Below are positions 57,539-64,000 of a stretch of 64,000 bases of DNA, in pieces. Under the pieces are notes generated by a model that worked only from the letters and a program-made list of their open reading frames with translations, did not search any database and was not told the DNA's origin. Both the position numbers and the translations under genes were made by a program. The stretch comes from Deltaproteobacteria bacterium (lineage in GTDB: Bacteria > Desulfobacterota > Deferrimicrobia > Deferrimicrobiales > Deferrimicrobiaceae): the NCBI GenBank assembly GCA_037439645.1, contig JBBIVQ010000005.1:10368-74367 (forward strand), in the 5' to 3' direction. The stretch's first letter is position 1; each line of letters begins with the position of its first letter.

Positions 57539-58876
57539 TCACCGGATTCCGTATGTGTTCATCTTCTCCCATAAGGTTTTCCGGCTGATCCCGAGCAGCT
57601 CCGCGGCCTTGCTTTTCACTCCTCCGGTGGCCTTCAGTATGCCGAGGATGTGGTTCTTCTCCGCGTCGGCGGCGATCCGCGACAGCAGGAGGATCTCTTC
57701 CTTCTCCCGTCCCCCCGTGATCTTGGCCGGCAGGTCCTCCGGGCCGATCAACTCCGTCGAGGCCAACGTGACGCACCGCTCGATCAGGTTTTCGAGTTCC
57801 CGGACGTTTCCGGGGTAGTCGTACCGGAGCAGCATCTCCACCGCCGCCGGAGACAGCCGGACGCTCCTTGAAAATTTTCTGCCGTACCTCTCCAGGAAGA
57901 ACTCGATGAGGCCGGGGATATCCTCCTTGCGCTCTCTCAACGGGGGAATGACGATCGGTACAACGTTGAGCCTGTAGAACAGGTCTTCCCTGAACCGGCC
58001 GTCCGCCACGCACTCTTCCAGGTTCCTGTTCGTGGCCGCGACGACCCGCACATCGACCGTCAGCGTTGCGGTTCCGCCGATCCGCTCGAACTGCCTCTCC
58101 TGGAGGACCCTGAGGATCTTCGCTTGCGTCGCGAGCCGCAGATCCCCGATCTCGTCCAGGAAAATGGTGCCTCCGTCCGCGAGTTCGAATCGCCCCGGTT
58201 TCCTTCGGATCGCCCCGGTGAACGCCCCCTTCTCGTGTCCGAAAAGCTCGCTTTCGATCAGCCCTTCCGGCAGCGTCGAGCAGTTCACTTTGATCAGCGG
58301 TTTGTCCTTCCGGGTGCTTCGATAGTGAACGGTGGTCGCGACGAGTTCCTTGCCGGTTCCGGTTTCCCCCAGGAGGAGCACCGTGGAGGTCGACGCCGAA
58401 ACCTTCGCGGCGAGGGAAAGAACCCTCTTCATCGGTGCGCTCTCGCCGATGATGGCGGGCGCCCGACGGCACGCGTCGAGGTCCTTTTGCAGGCGAAGGT
58501 TTTCCTCCTCCAGTCGCTTCATTTCCATCGCACGTTCCACGATCATCAGGAATTCGTCCAGGGCGAACGGCTTGGTGATGTAATCGAAGGCGCCCAGCTT
58601 CATCGCCTCCACGGCATCCTTGATGGTGCCGTAGGCGGTCATGACGATGACCTTCGGGGTTTCCAGTTTCGCGATTTCCCTGACGATGTCGAACCCGTCG
58701 GCGTCGGGAAGCCGCACGTCGGTCACGGCGACATCGAACGATGCGGTCCGGATGGCCTGCACCCCGCCGGCGCCGGTTTCGAACGGCATGACCTCGTACC
58801 CCGCGCCCTTGAGCGCGTCTTCCATGGTCACCCGCATGATCTTCTCGTCCTCGATGAGAAGGACCGTCCCTTTCAT
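57539..58876 (-). CDS. Sigma54-dependent response regulator (NtrC/AtoC family)
   Basis: Receiver (IEDE, TDVRLP), GETGTGKE, ESELFGHEKGAFTGA, FLDEIG, PGNVREL, C-terminal HTH. Confidence 0.95.
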   Translation of the reverse strand: MKGTVLLIEDEKIMRVTMEDALKGAGYEVMPFETGAGGVQAIRTASFDVAVTDVRLPDADGFDIVREIAKLETPKVIVMTAYGTIKDAVEAMKLGAFDYITKPFALDEFLMIVERAMEMKRLEEENLRLQKDLDACRRAPAIIGESAPMKRVLSLAAKVSASTSTVLLLGETGTGKELVATTVHYRSTRKDKPLIKVNCSTLPEGLIESELFGHEKGAFTGAIRRKPGRFELADGGTIFLDEIGDLRLATQAKILRVLQERQFERIGGTATLTVDVRVVAATNRNLEECVADGRFREDLFYRLNVVPIVIPPLRERKEDIPGLIEFFLERYGRKFSRSVRLSPAAVEMLLRYDYPGNVRELENLIERCVTLASTELIGPEDLPAKITGGREKEEILLLSRIAADAEKNHILGILKATGGVKSKAAELLGISRKTLWEKMNTYGIR

Positions 58877-60348
58877 TGCGCCCGCTCCACGGGAAACCGC
58901 ATGATGAAGCGGCTTCCCATTCCCGCCTTGCTGTCGACGGAGATCTCGCCATCGTAGTTCCGGACGATTTCGTAGGTCAACCAGAGGCCCAGCCCCGTCC
59001 CCTCTCCGGGCGGCTTCGTGGTGAAAAACGGGTCGAAGATCCGTTTGACGTCCTCGGGGGCGATCCCGCACCCGGTATCCGAGACCTCGACGACGACCGC
59101 GGCGTCGCGTGCGGCGGCGCTCACGGTCAGGACGCCGCCCGGTTCCATGGCGTCGATGGCGTTGATGTAAAGGTTCAGCAGCATCTGCTGCAGATCATGC
59201 ATGTCCATGCGGATGCGAAGGTCCCCGGGTACTTCGTCGGCGAACGAGATGCGCCGCTTCCCGAACCGGTAATTCAGGAAGAGATGGACCTTCTCCGCCG
59301 CCTCGCGCAGATTCAGGTCCGCGGGCAGGTGATCGGCCTTCCGCGCCATCCAGAGGAGCTTGCTAACGGTGGATTCGATCCGGTCCATCCCCTCCTTGAC
59401 GAGGCCGAGGTATTTATTCCGCAAGGCCGGATCATCGCTGTCCTGCTGCAGCATCCGGAGGCAGTTGAAGATCCCTCCCAGGGGGTTGTTGATTTCGTGG
59501 GCGACCCCCGCGGCGAGAACCCCGATGGAGGCGAGCTTTTCCGACTGGACCATCTTCTCGTGGGTCTTCCTGATCTCCTCCTTCGCCTGGCGGATCCGGT
59601 CGATCATGCCGTTGAACCGCTCCGCGAGGACCGCAAGCTCGTCGCTTCCCCGTACGGGGACTTTCAGGTCGAGGGAGTCCCCGTGCGCCTTTTCCATCGT
59701 GTTCGCCAACTGGGTGATCGGACCGATAAACCTCCTGCTCAGGAGAAGGACGATCGCGAACCCGGCAACGAGCAGGACGAGCGTCAGCAGGACGATCTTT
59801 TCCACGGTGGCGAAGATCCGGTGATCGGCTTTTTCAAGTGAGATTCCGAACTTCAAGGTCCCCCATCGTTTCTTCCCGGTGGAAAGGGGGACGCCGACAT
59901 CCAGCGCGTCATGTTCTCCCCGCGAATAACGCTGCACGACCGTCCGATCGCCCTTCAGCACCTTCCGCGTCAAGGAGTCCGAGTAGGTTTTCCCGTATTC
60001 GGTGATGTCGTTGTGGGAGACGACCCGCCCGTTTTCGTCCAGGATCGCCATGTAGAGCAGGTCCAGGTCCTGCCGCGAAAAGATCTCCAGGATATAGTTG
60101 TCGAGCAGGCCGCCTTCCTCCACCAGCCCGAGTTTCTCGTAGATCAGGTCGTTGATGATCGGGATGGCGAGGGTCTCCCCGAGCAGGCGCCCCTGCTTCT
60201 CCACCTCCTCGTACAACAGGCTTTTTTCCCGATGGACCGCCAGGTAACCGAGGATGCTCATCCCGGCGACGATGGCGCACATCGTGATGACGATGAACCT
60301 GACCTGGAGGCCCTTCCGGATCGACAATCGCGGGGGACGATCTACCAT
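58873..60348 (-). CDS. Sensor histidine kinase (2 TM, periplasmic domain, HAMP)
   Basis: QSEKLASIGVLAAGVAHEINNP, NLYINAIDA, DTGCGI, FDPFFTTK, GTGLGL. Confidence 0.93.
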   Translation of the reverse strand: MVDRPPRLSIRKGLQVRFIVITMCAIVAGMSILGYLAVHREKSLLYEEVEKQGRLLGETLAIPIINDLIYEKLGLVEEGGLLDNYILEIFSRQDLDLLYMAILDENGRVVSHNDITEYGKTYSDSLTRKVLKGDRTVVQRYSRGEHDALDVGVPLSTGKKRWGTLKFGISLEKADHRIFATVEKIVLLTLVLLVAGFAIVLLLSRRFIGPITQLANTMEKAHGDSLDLKVPVRGSDELAVLAERFNGMIDRIRQAKEEIRKTHEKMVQSEKLASIGVLAAGVAHEINNPLGGIFNCLRMLQQDSDDPALRNKYLGLVKEGMDRIESTVSKLLWMARKADHLPADLNLREAAEKVHLFLNYRFGKRRISFADEVPGDLRIRMDMHDLQQMLLNLYINAIDAMEPGGVLTVSAAARDAAVVVEVSDTGCGIAPEDVKRIFDPFFTTKPPGEGTGLGLWLTYEIVRNYDGEISVDSKAGMGSRFIMRFPVERAQ

Positions 60349-62072
60349 TGGATCTTCGGGTGGCATCCTTTTCCGCAGGATTGCGGAACGGCGTTGAACA
60401 TCGTGCGGATGCCCGCGTAGTCCCCGTCCGACGCCTCGGTGAACCCTTGCCGGAGATCCTCGTCGAGGCGGCCCAGGATCGTTTTCCCCCGATCATCCGA
60501 AGGAGTGAGCGCGAGGAGGGCCTTGCGGATGTTTTCCATGACAAGGTACGGAATTCCCGGGCCGGCCACCAGCGGTCCGGTGGGGATGTCCCTGGACTCT
60601 GCCACCGTTTCGATGCCGAGCTTCGCGTATTTCCTGGCCACGGAGTCCTGGACCGCCCCCGCGTCGTACTGTCCTTTCAGGACGGCCTTGACCACCGAAT
60701 CGTGGTAATCGAAATTGGCGTACCCCTTCAAGTCGTTCAAGTGAATCCCCGAGGTCGCCAGGAGATACCGGGGGATCAGGTTGCCGGATGTCGACTTGGA
60801 GGCGGCGAAGGCGATCGTCTTCCCCTTGAGGTCGGAAAGAGGCTTTCGCGGATTGCCCGCTTTCCGGATGACCACGCTCTTGTACCGCGACGTGCCATCC
60901 GCTCCCCTGGGCTTCAGGATGCAGAGGACCCCGTACCGCGCATGGGCCTCCAGGTAGGTCAGCGGTCCCAGCAGGGCGATGTCGGTTTCCCCGGTCGCCA
61001 GGGCCGTCACCGTCTCCTCGTAGTTCTTCTTCAGCACGAGTTCGTAGGCGTAGGGGGTTTTCACGGAGAGGTAATCGAGAAGCGGCTGGTACTTCTCGTA
61101 CAGGATCCTCGGATTGTCTCTCGGGATGACGCCGACGTACACGGTGTTCCGGTCCCTCGTGGCCCGGGGTGCCGCCGAAGCGCGCGCGACCGCGCGTTCC
61201 ATCTTGCGGATGCCGTCGTAGTTGGCGTCCGGGACGTCGACGAACCCGTCGATCATCATGGCCTGGAGGATCGCCTTTCCCTTCAGCGAGTCCGAAATGG
61301 ACAGGAAGGCTTCCTTGACCTTCCGGCGGAGCTCGGGATCGATATCCCGGACCACGACCACGGGGGGTATCCCGAAAGGAGGGGAGCGCTTGACGATCTT
61401 CGTCTGGCGCGTGTACGGCGAGCCGGACTTCCGCATGTATTCGTAGACGAGGCTTTCCACCGCCGCTCCGTCCACGATCTTCTTCGCGACCATCTCGATG
61501 GACTTGTTGTGACTGTAGCTGTAAAGCACTCTCCCGAAGAACCGCTCCGGGTCGAGCCCCATCGTCTTCAGCAGGTAGGCGGGATAGATCTTGCCGGTGT
61601 TGGACTTCGGGTCCGTGAACGCGAAGCTCTTCCCCTTCAGGTCGGCGAACGTCCTCACGGAGCTGTCGTTGTGCGCGATGATGTAGGACCGATACGTGGG
61701 ACTTCCGCCCACCTTCGGTGCGACCAGGATTTCCACGCCGAACTTCTCCCGGTTCTTCACGTAGGGGGCGGAGCAGATGAACGCGATCTTGACCTCGCCG
61801 CGTTCGAGTAGCTCGTCCATCTCCTCGTACGTCCGGCGTTGGACCATCTGAACGGGGCGGTGGATCCGTTCACCGATGTAGGCGATGATCTCCTGGTAAT
61901 ACTTGACGGTGTCCACGGGCGTGACCATGGACGCCACGCCGATCCGGATCGGATCCTGCCGCGACCAGGACGGAAGGGGGGCGAGAAGCAGGGCGACGGC
62001 GACGAGTGCAGCCGTCACGGCGACCCTTCCCGGCGGCTGGGGAATACAGGCTGTCCCGGGCGATCTTCCCAT
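60342..62072 (-). CDS. Tandem PhnD/AioX-like periplasmic oxyanion-binding protein
   Basis: Signal peptide; domain 1 AFICSAPY, FAFTDPKSNTG, YSH..SI; domain 2 AFAASKSTSG, HDSVVKAVLKGQYDAG. Confidence 0.88.
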   Translation of the reverse strand: MGRSPGTACIPQPPGRVAVTAALVAVALLLAPLPSWSRQDPIRIGVASMVTPVDTVKYYQEIIAYIGERIHRPVQMVQRRTYEEMDELLERGEVKIAFICSAPYVKNREKFGVEILVAPKVGGSPTYRSYIIAHNDSSVRTFADLKGKSFAFTDPKSNTGKIYPAYLLKTMGLDPERFFGRVLYSYSHNKSIEMVAKKIVDGAAVESLVYEYMRKSGSPYTRQTKIVKRSPPFGIPPVVVVRDIDPELRRKVKEAFLSISDSLKGKAILQAMMIDGFVDVPDANYDGIRKMERAVARASAAPRATRDRNTVYVGVIPRDNPRILYEKYQPLLDYLSVKTPYAYELVLKKNYEETVTALATGETDIALLGPLTYLEAHARYGVLCILKPRGADGTSRYKSVVIRKAGNPRKPLSDLKGKTIAFAASKSTSGNLIPRYLLATSGIHLNDLKGYANFDYHDSVVKAVLKGQYDAGAVQDSVARKYAKLGIETVAESRDIPTGPLVAGPGIPYLVMENIRKALLALTPSDDRGKTILGRLDEDLRQGFTEASDGDYAGIRTMFNAVPQSCGKGCHPKIQW

Positions 62073-62233
62073 ACGAGGATTCGATTGTACCCGCTTGACC
62101 CCGTCAAATCATTCGTTTTTCCGGACGATCCCTTTGACCATGACCGCTGCCGCCTTTTATCCTGCTTACACAAGGTCGTCATGCTGCATGCCCGACCTCG
62201 CATTCGGCGATGACCCGCCCCTGATGTCATTTT

Positions 62234-62251
62234 TCCCCACAAATGTGGGGA
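62234..62251. promoter_or_regulatory. Inverted repeat directly upstream of the LexA/Crp fusion gene (candidate operator)
   Basis: tccccaca-aa-tgtgggga, perfect 8-bp arms. Confidence 0.5.
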
Positions 62252-62264
62252 GTATCATGCGTCC

Positions 62265-63206
62265 ATGGCCCGGCCCCCTTTCTCCGACCCGACTCCGCCC
62301 CAGCGGAGGATTCTTGACCATCTCCTGAAACGGGAATCCGAAGAAGGTACACCTCCGACCTACCGGGAGATCGCCGCCGCCCTGGGGTGGCGCGCGCCGG
62401 GGACGGTCCGGGACCACGTTCGGGCCCTTTCCCGCAAGGGGTTGCTCGTTCCATCCCGCCTGGCCCGCGGACTGCGCTTGACCGATGCGGGGAGGGAAGC
62501 GGCCAGCCGGGGCGACCGCCCCGTGCCGCTCCGGCGAGAAGCGCTCCCATCCTTCTCCGGCGAGGCCGGGGAAGCGCTCGCGGTTCTGGATCCGTATTTC
62601 CGGTCGCGCCGGTTTTCCGCCGGAACGATCCTTTGGCGCACCGGCGGCACCCCCTCCATGGTCGTTGCGATCGGGACGGGACACATCAAGGTCTACCGGA
62701 CGCTGCCGGGAGGAACCGTCGCCGCCCTGTACCTCTTCGGCCCGGGAGACCTCTTCGGGTTTCTTCCTTTCCTTGATGGCCGACCGTACCCGGCCACGGC
62801 CGAGGCGATCGACGATGTCTGCGCACGGACGATATCCCGGGAGGGACTCCTCCGGGGGCTCCGGGAAGATCCGGCCGTGGCGTTGCCGCTGTTCTCCTTC
62901 CTCGGGCGGCGCCTGCGGGAGGCGTTCGACCGGATCGAGCTCCTGTCGGCCCGCGGAGCGCTTCCCCGCGTGGCGGCGGCCCTGGCCGCCCTGCTGCAGG
63001 AGGGGAACTTGGGAACCACGACGATCGTATCTCTCCCGGCCTCTTCCGGGGAGTTCGCCCGGGTCCTCGGAATCACCCCGGAAAGTTTCTCCCGCGCCGT
63101 CACCGACCTTGCGGAAGCGGGCGTGATCCACCGCCTCGGACGGGGCCGGTTCCAGGTTCTCGACCCGGAATCCCTGCGCAACGCATCCTCCTCCACCGGC
63201 CTGTAA
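62265..63206 (+). CDS. Crp/Fnr family regulator with an N-terminal LexA-type DNA-binding domain
   Basis: TPPQRRILD..PPTYREIAAALG..TVRDHVRALSRKG..ARGL, then cNMP domain (GPGDLFG, YPATAEA) and Crp HTH (LGITPESFSR). Confidence 0.85.
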   Translation: MARPPFSDPTPPQRRILDHLLKRESEEGTPPTYREIAAALGWRAPGTVRDHVRALSRKGLLVPSRLARGLRLTDAGREAASRGDRPVPLRREALPSFSGEAGEALAVLDPYFRSRRFSAGTILWRTGGTPSMVVAIGTGHIKVYRTLPGGTVAALYLFGPGDLFGFLPFLDGRPYPATAEAIDDVCARTISREGLLRGLREDPAVALPLFSFLGRRLREAFDRIELLSARGALPRVAAALAALLQEGNLGTTTIVSLPASSGEFARVLGITPESFSRAVTDLAEAGVIHRLGRGRFQVLDPESLRNASSSTGL

Positions 63207-63231
63207 TTTTTTCCCGATAATCGACCGGTTC

Positions 63232-63245
63232 TTGCGTCCGATCAA
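63232..63245 (+). promoter_or_regulatory. Crp/Fnr-type box upstream of the fmdE-like gene
   Basis: TTGcg-tccg-ATCAA resembles TTGAT-N4-ATCAA. Confidence 0.45.
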
Positions 63246-63304
63246 TGCGCGGCCGGGCCGGGATATATATTCTGATACAGGAATACGATGCCAAGGAGGA
63301 CGCC

Positions 63305-63628
63305 ATGCTTTACGCGGAACTGTTGACGTTGGGCCTCAAGTTTCACGGGCACAAGTGCCCCGCCATGCCGATGGGATTGCGTGCGGGGGTGGCCGCCATG
63401 CGTGCCTTGGGAGTCGAGCGGTCCCGGGACAAGGAACTGTACGCGGTCAGCGAAACCGGGGAAGGGCACGCGGCTGGGTCCTTCCTGGATGGGGTCATGA
63501 CCTCGACCGGGTGCACGTTCGGGAAGGGGAACATCGAGAAGCTGCGTTACCACAAGATGGCCTTCACCCTGATCGACGTCCGCAGGCAGAAGGCGGTGCG
63601 AACGTGCGGAGCGCGTTTCTGCACGTGA
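63305..63628 (+). pseudogene. FmdE (formylmethanofuran dehydrogenase subunit E) family protein, C-terminally truncated
   Basis: [31 protein letters not shown]; similarity breaks at about 63600. Confidence 0.8.
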
Positions 63629-64000
63629 TCGGGGACACACTCTCCTCGGTCGGGGTCGTCGTCGGGGCGGTCGTGATGGCGTGGACCGGGTGGTACCGCG
63701 CGGACGCCGTGATCTCCGCGGGGATCGGCCTCCTGGTCCTGTGGGGGACGGGGCGGATCCTGCGGGAGGCTCTCCGCATGCTCCTCGAGGGGACGCCCCC
63801 GGGGCTCGACGCAGGCAAGGTCTCGGAAACGATCCGCGCCATCGAGGGGGTGGATCGCGTCCACCGGCTGCACCTGTGGAGCCTCTGTTCCCACATCCCC
63901 GTTCTGTCGGCCCACGTGGAAATCTCCCCATCGCACGTATGGCGGCGAGGGGAGGTGCTGGAAGCGATCCGCGCGGCCTTGCGGACGGAGTACCACATCG
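63601..64000 (+). pseudogene. CzcD/ZitB cation diffusion facilitator, C-terminal half only (continues past window)
   Basis: Frame absent from the ORF track: [34 protein letters not shown]; no N-terminus or start. Confidence 0.85.

Overview
High-GC (visually about 65-68%) bacterial window. Gene content suggests an anaerobic deltaproteobacterium/Desulfobacterota-like organism (inference only). (1) 1-23.7 kb is mostly housekeeping: a Liv-type ABC transporter with fused permease, two family III CoA-transferases, a Kef-type antiporter, sufBCDSU, a hybrid PAS kinase, VIT1, MFS, SYLF, PfpI, a peptidase S51/CysRS-C fusion and a NYN RNase. (2) 24-42 kb is a degenerate island starting at a tRNA-Arg(ACG) whose D-arm is overwritten by a palindrome. 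It carries an integrase remnant, many truncated toxin-antitoxin fragments, ARPP-1 plus WYL, an intact AbiE pair, an ars cluster with a probable selenocysteine zinc-ribbon protein, and a SWIM-SNF2 helicase, and ends near an orphan prfC 3' fragment. (3) 42.2-53.1 kb is a nine-gene respiratory operon: Rrf2, GltD-like NAD(P)H flavo-Fe-S protein, Rieske, cytochrome b, hexaheme cytochrome c, and a Tat-exported NarG-like molybdoenzyme (alpha, beta, gamma, chaperone). (4) 53.2-62.1 kb is an anchorless TtrA/SrdA-like molybdoenzyme with a three-cluster beta subunit, a complete sigma54 promoter/IHF/enhancer array and an AioXSR-like regulator. (5) The window ends with a LexA-DBD/Crp-Fnr fusion regulator and an FmdE/CDF deletion chimera. 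All calls come from motif recognition by eye; no database searches were run.
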